This document shows, in pieces, positions 36,049-45,861 of a stretch of 64,000 nucleotides of DNA (position 1 is its first letter; each line of letters opens with the position of its first letter). The notes under the pieces were generated by a model. That model did not search any database and was not told the origin of the DNA. It saw nothing but the letters and a program-made list of their open reading frames with translations. This stretch comes from a virus, in IMG/VR virus record IMGVR_UViG_3300035228_001078; one strand, written 5' to 3'. A program made the translations under genes and the position numbers.

Positions 36049-38329
36049 ACTCTGATTGTTTTTCTAGGTTATTGAGTAAGTTTTCTACACTAGGAATTTC
36101 TTCTTCTACTTCGTCAGTCTTGTTATCATATGTATTCTGATAGTAGGAGGTCTTCCAACCGTACTTATATGTAGTCAATAGATCTCTTGCCATCACAGAC
36201 ACAGGTACTTCATTATCAGGATAGTTACTGGGGTTGTAACTCCAGTTACCAGAGATAGCTTGGTCAAAGAATTTCTGCATAACAGAAACTACTTTAATAT
36301 ACCCATCATTACTTTCCATGTCCCAGAGAAGGGTGTAGTGACTCTTGTGAGTATTGTACATTGGTACAATCTGCTTAAGTGGTCCCTTCTTGGATTTTTT
36401 AGTGGACAAGAATCCTCTAGGTGGTTCGATTCCATTGGTTGCATTTGACACAACGGAGCTGCTCTCTGAAGGCATTTGTGCGGACAGTGTTGAGTTCCTA
36501 AGACCGTGGGTGGTGATAGATGCCCTAAGACTTTCCCAATCATACTTTAACCTATGAGGAACAATATCGTCTACATCTTTTTTATAGGTATCAATAGGAA
36601 GGATACCGTCAGAATATTTAGTACGATCAAAATATCCACAAGGTCCGTACTCAATAGAGAGTTGATTGGATGCCTTTAGAAGATAGTATTGGAAAGCTTC
36701 TGTCAGATCATGAACCATCTGATGTGCTTCTGGATCATTATAACCTACTTTATGCCTTGCCAGGTAATGTGCCAGACCAATATAACCAATGCCCAGAGAA
36801 CGACGATTCTTAGTGCCAATTTCAGCTGCTTTGACTGGATACCCTTGGAAGTCAATCAAGGCGTCTAGAGCACGCACAGAGAGGTCACAGAGTTCTTCCA
36901 GCTCATCCAGGTTACGAAGCTTGCCTACATTGATAGCAGACAGAATGCACAAAGCAATCTCTCCTTCACCATCAATATGCTGCAGCGGTTTAGTTGGAAG
37001 TGTGATCTCTTGACACAAGTTACTCATCTCTACCTTGTCTTTAAAGGAAGAGTGAGTATTGCAGTGGTCAAGATTCATAATATAAAGACGACCAGTCTCT
37101 GCTCTCTCCTTCAGGAGATTGAGAAAAAGTTCTTGAGCCTTGATAGTCTTTCTTGGAATAGTGAGATCTGATTCATAGTCCACATAGAGACTATCAAACT
37201 CGTCAGTGCCAAAAGCATCATACAAACCTGGGACATCGTGAGGACTGAATAGCGTGATGTTTCCATTTTCGATGAACCGCTCGTAGAAGAGCTTGGTGAT
37301 TTGGATGGAGTAGTCGAGTTTTCTGACACGATTGTCCTCGGTTCCTTTGTTGTTCTTAAGAACAATAATATCTTCTATCTCTTTGTGCCAGATAGGAAAG
37401 TGAACTGTAGCAGAACCACCTCTGATGCCGTTTTGTGTGCAGCATCTGACAGTGCTTTCAAACTTTTTAAGGAAGGGGATAACGCCTGTGTGTTGTACCT
37501 CGCCGCCTCTAATCTTAGCGTTGATGCCACGAATTCTGCCTGCGTTAATGCCGATACCAGCCCTTTGTGCGACATATTTACCAATAGCCATATCACTGCT
37601 AAAGATACTATCGAGGGTGTCATCAACATCAACGAGAACACAAGATGCATATTGACGGAGCGGTGTCCGAACTCCTGCCATGACTGGCGTTGGGATGTTG
37701 ATTTTGTGTTTTGAGATTGCATCGTAGTATTTTTTTACATAATCCATGCGAGTCTCTTGAGGATAGTCGCTATAGATGGTGGCTGCAATCAAGATATACA
37801 TGAACTGAGGAGTTTCGTAGACATGTCCTGTACTACGATCCTGCACTAAGTATTTATCCGCAACTTGTCTAAGCCCAGCATAGGTAAACAGATAGTCTCT
37901 GTCATGATCGATCATATTGTTGATCTGATCAAACTCCTCAGCAGAGTACTTTTGAAGGATCTCAGGGTCATATACGCCCCTCTCAATGCCAATCCTAATA
38001 TGATCGGTTAGATTGCTATGTTCATGCATCTTACCCCACAGTTGTTTCCTCAGAGAGAACAACAACAATCGAGCTGCTACGAATTGATAATTGGGATTTT
38101 CAAGGTCGATGAGATCAGAAGCACTACGGACCAAGATCTCTTGGATCTCTGCAGTTGTGATACCATCATAAAATTGGATCCCAGAATTAATTTCAATCTG
38201 AGATGCAGACACACCTGTGAGGTCAGTACATGCCTCATCAACCATCTTGTGCATCTTATTGAGGTCAAGAGATTCTACTTGTCCAGACCGCTTCTTAACC
38301 TTTGTCCCGTTGGTCATACTTTTTTCCAC
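36029..38329 (-). CDS. nrdA: Ribonucleotide reductase class Ia alpha subunit
   Basis: ATP cone, SCVL, SNLCQE, TSYY, C-terminal CxxC. Confidence 0.98.
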   Translation of the reverse strand: MEKSMTNGTKVKKRSGQVESLDLNKMHKMVDEACTDLTGVSASQIEINSGIQFYDGITTAEIQEILVRSASDLIDLENPNYQFVAARLLLFSLRKQLWGKMHEHSNLTDHIRIGIERGVYDPEILQKYSAEEFDQINNMIDHDRDYLFTYAGLRQVADKYLVQDRSTGHVYETPQFMYILIAATIYSDYPQETRMDYVKKYYDAISKHKINIPTPVMAGVRTPLRQYASCVLVDVDDTLDSIFSSDMAIGKYVAQRAGIGINAGRIRGINAKIRGGEVQHTGVIPFLKKFESTVRCCTQNGIRGGSATVHFPIWHKEIEDIIVLKNNKGTEDNRVRKLDYSIQITKLFYERFIENGNITLFSPHDVPGLYDAFGTDEFDSLYVDYESDLTIPRKTIKAQELFLNLLKERAETGRLYIMNLDHCNTHSSFKDKVEMSNLCQEITLPTKPLQHIDGEGEIALCILSAINVGKLRNLDELEELCDLSVRALDALIDFQGYPVKAAEIGTKNRRSLGIGYIGLAHYLARHKVGYNDPEAHQMVHDLTEAFQYYLLKASNQLSIEYGPCGYFDRTKYSDGILPIDTYKKDVDDIVPHRLKYDWESLRASITTHGLRNSTLSAQMPSESSSVVSNATNGIEPPRGFLSTKKSKKGPLKQIVPMYNTHKSHYTLLWDMESNDGYIKVVSVMQKFFDQAISGNWSYNPSNYPDNEVPVSVMARDLLTTYKYGWKTSYYQNTYDNKTDEVEEEIPSVENLLNNLEKQSECDACAI

Positions 38330-39285
38330 TCAGTAAATTTAACTTGTGCTTCTAGCCCAGAATATGTATTCGATTCTAGCGCATCGTTCACATCGATGCC
38401 TGCTAAAACCATATCATTGATGTCTTTTTGTCTTATACTTGTTGGCCAGATGACGACTTTCTCGCCTCTAGATATAGCTCCTCTGATGCGTCCAACAATC
38501 TCGCCATTACGGGGCTCGTTATCAAAAGTATAAATGCAATCGCTTCCCTCAAGACAACTAAGGTCACCGTCAGCACCACACAAAGCCACACTATTGTCGA
38601 TGAAAGTGCTGTCAAAGGGTCCTTCGACCACATAGATTGGTAATCCTTTATCGACTTCATCAAATCCATAAATTTTTGGTGCCTCATCGTTAAACATAAT
38701 AGTTATATATTTGATATGGTTTGGCAATAATGCCCTACCTTGAATCCCCACAAGATCATTTTGATACCATAAAGGTATGATAATCCTGGGTTCTTCGTTC
38801 TTTGTGTCCTTGAATGTTGGTTTTATACTGTTAACAAATGTTTTAAATTTGTCAGCATAATAAAACTGATTAGAGTCTAGTTTTCTCTGCTTTAGATACT
38901 CTCTAGCACTATCTACCGCAGAACACTTCGGTAGATTCAACCTTGCTTTGAATTTTGGTTTCTCAAACTCAAACACAGGGTCTTCGACTACAGTCGCTTT
39001 TCCAGTCAACCCCTGTTTGAACCTCTCCATAACATATCTTTTATAGAGAGTTCCATCAATCTTCTTGATGAAGTTGCTGAAAGACATCGACGCGCCACAA
39101 TTATGACACTTGTAGTTAGCGTCATTCTTCATGGCATAGATGTACCCTCTCGCCTTGTTCTTATACTTTTGGGAGTCCCCACAGATGGGGCACCTAAAGT
39201 TATAGAGGTCAGCTTTGACTCTCTTGAACTTCTCGAATCTAGCTGAGAGTAGACCTATGTACTTTGAATCTATCAGATTCATCAA
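38314..39285 (-). CDS. gp61: DNA primase (T4 gp61)
   Basis: CPICGDS, CHNC, EGPFD, DNEPRN, KDINDM. Confidence 0.95.
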   Translation of the reverse strand: MMNLIDSKYIGLLSARFEKFKRVKADLYNFRCPICGDSQKYKNKARGYIYAMKNDANYKCHNCGASMSFSNFIKKIDGTLYKRYVMERFKQGLTGKATVVEDPVFEFEKPKFKARLNLPKCSAVDSAREYLKQRKLDSNQFYYADKFKTFVNSIKPTFKDTKNEEPRIIIPLWYQNDLVGIQGRALLPNHIKYITIMFNDEAPKIYGFDEVDKGLPIYVVEGPFDSTFIDNSVALCGADGDLSCLEGSDCIYTFDNEPRNGEIVGRIRGAISRGEKVVIWPTSIRQKDINDMVLAGIDVNDALESNTYSGLEAQVKFTEWKKV

Positions 39286-39685
39286 CCAGTCCAGTGCCTG
39301 GTACTATCATACTGGTTTCTTGTGGCGATGTCAATCCCCTCATCAATGCTTGACCGGGAACGCTGACCATGAATGAGATCACAGCGAGACCACCGAAGAT
39401 TGTCCACATCTTTTTCTCCATCATCCTGAGTCTGTCATCTACCATACGAATGTCTCTCTCACAACCTTTCTTGATTGTGTCTGTCTCTTTATTCAGATCT
39501 GCATGAAGTCTATCTACTTTTTCAAATAGAATTCCATCGACTTCACTCTGTGTGGCTAACTTCTCGTTATGCACAGCAAGAAGTTGTCCCATCTTTACAG
39601 AGTTATCCTGTAACGAATCAACTACTTTTTCTAATCTTTCAATGATGGCAGTATTTAAAATTGTAGTATTTAAATTAGAGTCCAT
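39239..39685 (-). CDS. Coiled-coil protein with C-terminal TM helix
   Basis: Heptad pattern, then WTIFGGLAVISFMV. Confidence 0.6.
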   Translation of the reverse strand: MDSNLNTTILNTAIIERLEKVVDSLQDNSVKMGQLLAVHNEKLATQSEVDGILFEKVDRLHADLNKETDTIKKGCERDIRMVDDRLRMMEKKMWTIFGGLAVISFMVSVPGQALMRGLTSPQETSMIVPGTGLVDESDRFKVHRSTLS

Positions 39686-39695
39686 TGCTGTTAGA

Positions 39696-40121
39696 TTACT
39701 TGGTTAGATCTCTTCGGAATTGTTGCTGTCCATACCATGCTGTACCAGAAGCACCGTTCTTAGCCCACCAACTAGGATGATTCTTTTTTGTACTCAGTTG
39801 AGCTGAACGATTAATTTTGTTTAGTTCAGGATCATTTTGAACTTTTAATTTAACTGCACCTTTATTGTCAGCTTTAGTTCCTACACCATCAAGTCCACCA
39901 GTAGCACGGCGACCAGAGTTGTCCTGTGACGCGGTAGTCTTGCTTGGAGTAGATGTAGGTTGTCGAGTAGAGGGAGTCACATCAGATTTTGGAAGTCTAT
40001 CTTTAATAAACTTAGTCGCTGGTTTAACTACATGACGATTTAAACGATCGCCAGCAGCCTTGATGCCAGCTTTAAACTCACCAAAACTCTTAAGTCTGAT
40101 GCCCTCTTCTAGATGATTCAT
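39696..40121 (-). CDS. Basic hypothetical protein
   Basis: LEEG..KSFGEF N-terminus, K-rich. Confidence 0.6.
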   Translation of the reverse strand: MNHLEEGIRLKSFGEFKAGIKAAGDRLNRHVVKPATKFIKDRLPKSDVTPSTRQPTSTPSKTTASQDNSGRRATGGLDGVGTKADNKGAVKLKVQNDPELNKINRSAQLSTKKNHPSWWAKNGASGTAWYGQQQFRRDLTK

Positions 40122-40336
40122 TTCTTATTCTTCAGGTGATCAAGCCAGACTTTTCTTGAACCGTGTCCACCAGTAGCATACTTTTTTCTACTAAAAGGTT
40201 TGTCAGTAAGAGGTTTGTCATATCCAGCAACAGGTCCAGCAGGATCTGCCTTGCCACCAAAACCACCAGATGCACCGACTGCATTACCAGCCATCATCTC
40301 CATGATACTATTAACCTTTCTAAGTCTTCCCATCAA
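40118..40336 (-). CDS. Hypothetical protein
   Basis: GPVAGYD; CTAAATA at 40380-86. Confidence 0.6.
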   Translation of the reverse strand: MMGRLRKVNSIMEMMAGNAVGASGGFGGKADPAGPVAGYDKPLTDKPFSRKKYATGGHGSRKVWLDHLKNKK

Positions 40337-40704
40337 ACGGTCCTCAGCTGTTCTAAGCAGTATTCATCATCATGAATATTATTTAGTTCAGTCCGAGGAT
40401 AGTCAGGAATTCTACCTAGGTAAGTTAAAAAACTCTTGGTACATGTCCAGAGTTCTTTATCTAATTTAAAGAATAGCAGGGGAACTCCAGCATCACCAAA
40501 AACATTAAAAAGGACTATAAAGTGATTAAGAATAAGGTGGGTTCGTAACTCACCAGTATTCCTGTATCGCTTCAGTAGCCTCTTAATATATTTTATCCGT
40601 TTCAAGTCATCATAAAAATCATCTTGAGTAACCGCTTGTGGGTTATCATAATTTTTAATGGCAAAAAGCAGATAGTTGCTATCATTCAATTCATCAAATC
40701 TCAT
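40333..40704 (-). CDS. Conserved T4-like cyanophage hypothetical protein
   Basis: FAIKNYDNP..F.DDLKRIKYIKRL..LILNH. Confidence 0.7.
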   Translation of the reverse strand: MRFDELNDSNYLLFAIKNYDNPQAVTQDDFYDDLKRIKYIKRLLKRYRNTGELRTHLILNHFIVLFNVFGDAGVPLLFFKLDKELWTCTKSFLTYLGRIPDYPRTELNNIHDDEYCLEQLRTV

Positions 40705-40711
40705 TTATCCC

Positions 40712-41215
40712 TTATTCATCAGTAGGATAAGCAATTCCATTAGCACCTGTGGAGATTCCAGAAGCAGCTACAAGAACTTCGCTCTTGACTCTCAGGTTAC
40801 CATGCATATCAATATAAGTGGTAACACCTACCCATCCATGATGAGCAACACCGTATTGACCAGCAGTATCTGTGGAAATACCGTAGACTAAAGAATCTGC
40901 CTCAGATCTTTCTTCTTGATATACACTGTCCTTAACAGTATACATTGGTAGTTCGCTGATACCGTATGTAGTAGCAGCAATACTTGCTGCACTCAATCCA
41001 GCATCTGAATCGATAGTAAGAATACGGTCACTAGTGATGCCACTGATAACAGCGTCACCATAGTAGGTTCCTACACCGCCGCGAGCACCAACACGAATTA
41101 CTTGACCAACTTCAACATCGGTTGTAAAAGTGGTTCCTGTGCCAGTTACAGTAAGACCACTAACGGCTACTGTGCCAAAGGTTTGAATATTGTCGTTAAG
41201 ACCCCAGAGAGCCAT
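40712..41215 (-). CDS. Virion structural protein
   Basis: MALWG start, HHGWV..RVKSEVLVA; TATAAATA at 41249-56. Confidence 0.7.
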   Translation of the reverse strand: MALWGLNDNIQTFGTVAVSGLTVTGTGTTFTTDVEVGQVIRVGARGGVGTYYGDAVISGITSDRILTIDSDAGLSAASIAATTYGISELPMYTVKDSVYQEERSEADSLVYGISTDTAGQYGVAHHGWVGVTTYIDMHGNLRVKSEVLVAASGISTGANGIAYPTDE

Positions 41216-41258
41216 GTTCTTACACCCGAACTACAGTTTTCATAGAATTATTTATAAC

Positions 41259-41462
41259 CTATGCATCCTCGCGGGTTTTGATAGCATTGGTGACAACTTC
41301 AAGTAGTTGATCATCCATGTCAGTCTTGGTCAGCTTAACCGCTTTAGCAAGAATAACAAGACAGATCTCAACCATCTTCTCACCAAGTTCTTCATTCTCA
41401 GGAATTTTATTAATAGCATCAGTAATAATTTTTGATGCCAATGGAAGTAAAAAAGAAAGCAT
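41259..41462 (-). CDS. Hypothetical protein
   Basis: T.TDMDD small helical protein. Confidence 0.6.
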   Translation of the reverse strand: MLSFLLPLASKIITDAINKIPENEELGEKMVEICLVILAKAVKLTKTDMDDQLLEVVTNAIKTREDA

Positions 41463-41507
41463 AATTTGAGATAATTACTTCAATATATAGGCTCAATCTT
41501 TTTCTTT

Positions 41508-42791
41508 CTAGTCCTTTTTCTTTTTATCCATTAAAGCACCCTTACCATGCTTAGCACGGATTTGTGCTTTGACAATATCCATAGCACTCATACCCTTTCC
41601 GTATTTCTTCTCAGTCTCTTTTTGAAGAGCGGTCTTTCCTTTACGCTTTTTATCATCATCAGATCTTTTGGTAGGGCGATCATACCGATCATTACCATCA
41701 ACACCACCGCGTTCCATGCGGCGATCTTTCATAGCATCTGATGCTTCTTCTTTAAGCTTAGCAGCATCAACTTGAGCCCTCTTTTTACTAGAAGGTAATT
41801 CACCTAGACGCTGTTGTAACGATTTGCCAGCTTCAATTGAAGAATCAGATTTGAATATACCAGGGTTGGCAGTAGAGTTCATACCTTTTTGGTTTTTAAA
41901 ATCCAGACCTGCTTTCTTCACTAAAGCTTTAATCCCCTTGATCGCTCCACCGTTAGCGTCAAGTTTCTGCATGTTCTTCTCAGCTCTCGCTCTTGTCGCT
42001 GCTCTTGCTGCCGCAGCATCTGCTGCCATAGATGCACGATAATCGGTTGCTTGTTCCTTCTGTATTTTTTTCTTAATATCAGCAATAGTATCCTTTACAT
42101 TTTCAGAGGATCCAGTGTCAACAGTACTGAGTTTCTTCGCTTCAGGACCTGCTTCACCTTTAGTACCTTGTTTAGGTGCAGAATCTGTAGCCTTTGATGC
42201 TGCCTTAGTCTTAGCCTTAGTCTTAGTCTTAGGCGTATCCTTCAGACCATATCTAGGAGCATCAGGTACTTCAGAAGCTTGCCTAATTCCAAAACGCTTT
42301 ACTTGTCTATCATACGATGACATCTTATATCCAGGATCACTCTTATCTTCTTCAGAAGATGGTCTCCTTTGGCTCGAGGCAACACCACCAGCCTCATAGA
42401 AGTTCTTAACGGTTTTGACCAACCCCTCATTGACATCAGGATTAATAACGACTTTATTCTTTACAGGCTTCTCTTCGATCGTTATTTCTTTTTCGTCTGA
42501 GTTGGTTGCCTTCTCAGACTTATAGAGCTTTTTTTCGGATAATTCTCCAACCTTGGTGCGGAGATGAAGTTCTAATTCTTCTTTCTTAGTGCGCCTTGCT
42601 TTGTCTGCAGCAATAGCGGCACCAACTGTTTTACGACGCTTTTTCAGATAACCATCAGACTTATCAACATCGCCATCATTATCAATGTCATCATCCTCTT
42701 TGCCCACAGGATCTAAAGCTTCAGGCATGAAGACATTTGCCATGCTGCTAAGCATGATATCCTCTGCGGATTGCTCAATAAAATTAGCCAT
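41508..42791 (-). CDS. Charged late protein with DxDxDG loop (candidate internal head protein)
   Basis: DDDIDNDGDVDKSD; TATAAATA at 42829-36. Confidence 0.65.
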   Translation of the reverse strand: MANFIEQSAEDIMLSSMANVFMPEALDPVGKEDDDIDNDGDVDKSDGYLKKRRKTVGAAIAADKARRTKKEELELHLRTKVGELSEKKLYKSEKATNSDEKEITIEEKPVKNKVVINPDVNEGLVKTVKNFYEAGGVASSQRRPSSEEDKSDPGYKMSSYDRQVKRFGIRQASEVPDAPRYGLKDTPKTKTKAKTKAASKATDSAPKQGTKGEAGPEAKKLSTVDTGSSENVKDTIADIKKKIQKEQATDYRASMAADAAAARAATRARAEKNMQKLDANGGAIKGIKALVKKAGLDFKNQKGMNSTANPGIFKSDSSIEAGKSLQQRLGELPSSKKRAQVDAAKLKEEASDAMKDRRMERGGVDGNDRYDRPTKRSDDDKKRKGKTALQKETEKKYGKGMSAMDIVKAQIRAKHGKGALMDKKKKD

Positions 42792-42820
42792 TGCTGATCG
42801 CCTGAAGAATGTGTTTCTTT

Positions 42821-44023
42821 CTATTTCTTATTTATAAATGACTTTACCTTCTCCATAGGAGTCAGTTTCTGTACATACTCTCTGTAAGAGTCAGTACCCA
42901 CCTCCCGTTTATGTGCGGGAACACCAGAAGGGAAGCGGGAAACATATTCGGTCAAATCCTTAATCCAAGATTTGAACATGATACCTTCTTTAGTAACAGC
43001 AATGACATGATTTGCACCGCGTCTAATGATTCTGCCGACTAGTCCAGTATTAAGGGACTCTGCAAGAGTGCCAAGTCCAAATACATTGCCCGCAACATAG
43101 TGCTCTCTAAGTGTTGTTTGATCATACTTAGGAGCAATTTGCCAAAGCTCTACACCTTCAGTTGCAGCAGCTGCACCCATAGATCTTTGTACGGTATTGA
43201 ACAATTCTCTTGCTACCATACCCTTTGCTGCTTTTGGCAACCCATTCTTAAATGCTTCAAAGTCACCATCTGCTGCTAGAGATCGAAGTTTGGAAGCAGA
43301 CATGCCCTCCACCCCCTCAGAGTCGGCGTCCCGTTCTCCTGCAGAGATGACATTAATCGCATCAAAATTATAGAGTTGCCCGTTGTATTTGTTCGCGAGG
43401 TTCTCAAACTCTTTTTGTCTGTCAGAACCAACCACGATGTTGATACCGCTGTATCCTTCTGCATCTGCTTGTTTTAGTGCATCAAAAATAGTACGAATCG
43501 CTGGATCATAAACGATAGAGTTCGCATGATCGGGGAACATCTTCTTCATGAACAGGATCTTGGTCTCAGAATCCAAGGGATTCTTTTGGGGATCCACCGA
43601 ATGAGATGGATATACAATATATTGATCGCCGTCAGCGGTATTTTTTATCTTATCGAGAAGTTTTTCGTGACCAGATGTGGGAGGATTAAACCTACCAAAT
43701 CCAATCGTCAAAGTTCCGCGTGTCTTTTCTACTTCTGCTTCTTCTTCTTCAGGAGGTATCTCCCCTCCGCCTTGACCACCAACTGGTGGTGGTGGATTCT
43801 CTGGAGTCAGTCCTCTAGCTGCAGGACCAGGTGTATTAGGGTCAGTTTCTTGAGCTAGTTTTCTACCACTGTTAAAAACCAACTCGCCATCTAAGGTTCT
43901 ACCAACAATTCTGCCATTGGTATCTACCCACGAGCCATGACCATCACCGACAAGACCAAGCTTCTTCGCCTGCTTTGCCGCGTTACTTTGTGCTTCGTTC
44001 AGAAAGTGAAAGAAACTTTTCAT
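42821..44023 (-). CDS. HxGH-class nucleotidyltransferase (cytidylyltransferase/NMNAT-like)
   Basis: FGRFNPPTSGHEKL, VGSDR, MSASKLR; CATAAATA at 44062-69. Confidence 0.8.
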   Translation of the reverse strand: MKSFFHFLNEAQSNAAKQAKKLGLVGDGHGSWVDTNGRIVGRTLDGELVFNSGRKLAQETDPNTPGPAARGLTPENPPPPVGGQGGGEIPPEEEEAEVEKTRGTLTIGFGRFNPPTSGHEKLLDKIKNTADGDQYIVYPSHSVDPQKNPLDSETKILFMKKMFPDHANSIVYDPAIRTIFDALKQADAEGYSGINIVVGSDRQKEFENLANKYNGQLYNFDAINVISAGERDADSEGVEGMSASKLRSLAADGDFEAFKNGLPKAAKGMVARELFNTVQRSMGAAAATEGVELWQIAPKYDQTTLREHYVAGNVFGLGTLAESLNTGLVGRIIRRGANHVIAVTKEGIMFKSWIKDLTEYVSRFPSGVPAHKREVGTDSYREYVQKLTPMEKVKSFINKK

Positions 44024-44026
44024 GAT

Positions 44027-44656
44027 TTATGAAAATACCCGCCTAGCAGTCTCCGCAACTCTATTTATGTTAAATGACACAGTGATACGAAGTTTGTCAG
44101 ATATGTTCTTTTTTACCATATGTTCCAAGCAGGATGGGAATATAACAATGTCACCCTCTTCTACATCAACATCATTAAACTCATCTAGATGTGGATTTAC
44201 ATCCATGTCAATAGATGTACCCTCAGAATGGATATTCATATGGGTGAGATATGCGTAAATATCTGCTTGAGGATTAACAAAAGTTGTTCCGATATGTTCT
44301 TCAGGATCGAAACAAACATAATGTATCCCAGAAAAAAACCCAGGCAAATGGGTATGACCTTCCTGGAAGTGTGATTTCTCATAGGCATTCATCCAAATTT
44401 CATCAATAACAGGTCTACCAAGGAACTGCATGTCATCTTTCCATTGATAAAGAATATCATTGTAGATGTTAGCGTATTCCTCATGAGGAAAGGCTCCAGA
44501 ACCAAACTCTGTCCTTACATTACATGACCAACCCTCAGGAGTTCCATTGGTTGCATGATTTTTATAGGATTGATATCTTTGGACCAATGTATTTTTCAAC
44601 TCAGGATCATTAAGATTGTACTTATAGATTCTCTGAGGAAACAAATCAATATACAT
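44027..44656 (-). CDS. 2OG-Fe(II) oxygenase (TIGR02466-like)
   Basis: LFP, W.N, QEGHTH, FPSCLEHMV, RITVSFN. Confidence 0.85.
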   Translation of the reverse strand: MYIDLFPQRIYKYNLNDPELKNTLVQRYQSYKNHATNGTPEGWSCNVRTEFGSGAFPHEEYANIYNDILYQWKDDMQFLGRPVIDEIWMNAYEKSHFQEGHTHLPGFFSGIHYVCFDPEEHIGTTFVNPQADIYAYLTHMNIHSEGTSIDMDVNPHLDEFNDVDVEEGDIVIFPSCLEHMVKKNISDKLRITVSFNINRVAETARRVFS

Positions 44657-45349
44657 TTATTCAGTGTAGATAGCTTTTAGGAAGTTGACATCTTTGTCCA
44701 GATCATACTTAGACTTTGTAGGTTTTTGTACAATCTGCAATGCCGTCGTAAATCTATAGTTATACATCACGCTTCCACCCCTCTTCACACGAATTCTAAC
44801 CCTCATGCTAGGATTGAATTGTGGGACAGGTAACTGTACAGGATTTTGCAGCATGTAGTACATGCCATATCCACCTATCTGGATGTAATAGTTTTGCTTA
44901 GCAGCATAGTAGTTCCATAGAGCTGATGGTTTGATAGGCAAAAAGGCATCCTTAAACCTAGCATAGTCAGACTTCACCATGTCTTGGGTGATCGACTTGT
45001 TCGGAATGATGCCTTTGTTCGGTTGACCTTTAGGTCCCCAAGTTTTATTCACAAACTGCTCAACGCCAACTGCCCTAAGCAGTTGACGCATCTCGTCTGC
45101 AGCAGCAGTCTTTGCTCCTCCTAATTGCCAGATCTTTTTCTTCTGATCAAACTCAAGAGTTCCTTGACCGTAATCAGCTTTGAGATCTAATTTAAGTTCT
45201 AACTTTTGATTTGCTTTGTTATAGATGAACATTGCATCTGGAGCATTCGCGTCAGAACCTGCAGGGGTAAATCCGTTTGGAACTAAACCAGCTGCTTTTA
45301 GTTTTCTGTGTATCTTTCCTTCGTAAAGGAACCCAGCTTCCCCTGCCAT
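44657..45349 (-). CDS. Putative PD-(D/E)xK nuclease
   Basis: G..YE helix, PD..LELK, YYIQIG; CTAAATA at 45372-78. Confidence 0.55.
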   Translation of the reverse strand: MAGEAGFLYEGKIHRKLKAAGLVPNGFTPAGSDANAPDAMFIYNKANQKLELKLDLKADYGQGTLEFDQKKKIWQLGGAKTAAADEMRQLLRAVGVEQFVNKTWGPKGQPNKGIIPNKSITQDMVKSDYARFKDAFLPIKPSALWNYYAAKQNYYIQIGGYGMYYMLQNPVQLPVPQFNPSMRVRIRVKRGGSVMYNYRFTTALQIVQKPTKSKYDLDKDVNFLKAIYTE

Positions 45350-45360
45350 TAGAGATTAGT

Positions 45361-45543
45361 TTACTTTTTTTTATTTAGAGACTTATTGTAGATAACAACT
45401 TTTTCTCCATCGTGAGTAAACACCAGTTCATCATCATGACCCCAACACAACTCTTCGTACAAAGAATTTAATTTTCTTAAATCTTCGTATAGTGCATTAG
45501 GGTTCAGCATCTTTTTTCCCCTTATTGAAACCAAAAGGTGCAA
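45361..45543 (-). CDS. Hypothetical protein (probable start MLNPN)
   Basis: ORF in operon. Confidence 0.5.
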   Translation of the reverse strand: MHLLVSIRGKKMLNPNALYEDLRKLNSLYEELCWGHDDELVFTHDGEKVVIYNKSLNKKK

Positions 45544-45709
45544 GTTTATCTTCTACCCGCTTTTTCATAACAACACCAGCAAGAGACTCCATAACTTTAA
45601 GAATCTCTTCTGCCTTAGCACCTTCGCCAAGCTCTTTGGCAACATAGAAATACTTAGGAAAAAATTCTTCTCCAGCATTCTTGTATTCGTCAAGAGTAAT
45701 AGCTTTCAT
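45497..45709 (-). CDS. Hypothetical protein
   Basis: ORF in operon. Confidence 0.6.
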   Translation of the reverse strand: MKAITLDEYKNAGEEFFPKYFYVAKELGEGAKAEEILKVMESLAGVVMKKRVEDKLAPFGFNKGKKDAEP

Positions 45710-45861
45710 TTACCAACTCCATAGTCACCACCACTTTTACGGTGCTCTGATTCAAGATTGCTAATTGTCTCATGCAGTTTCTTGACTGCTTCAATCACTT
45801 CAGGAGTTTCTTCCCACTCCCAAGTTTCACCTTTGCTGCTAAAAAATTGTCTTGTAGTCAT
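45706..45861 (-). CDS. 51-aa hypothetical protein
   Basis: Manual translation MTTRQFFSSKGETWEWEETPEV..; coupled at both ends. Confidence 0.6.
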   Translation of the reverse strand: MTTRQFFSSKGETWEWEETPEVIEAVKKLHETISNLESEHRKSGGDYGVGK

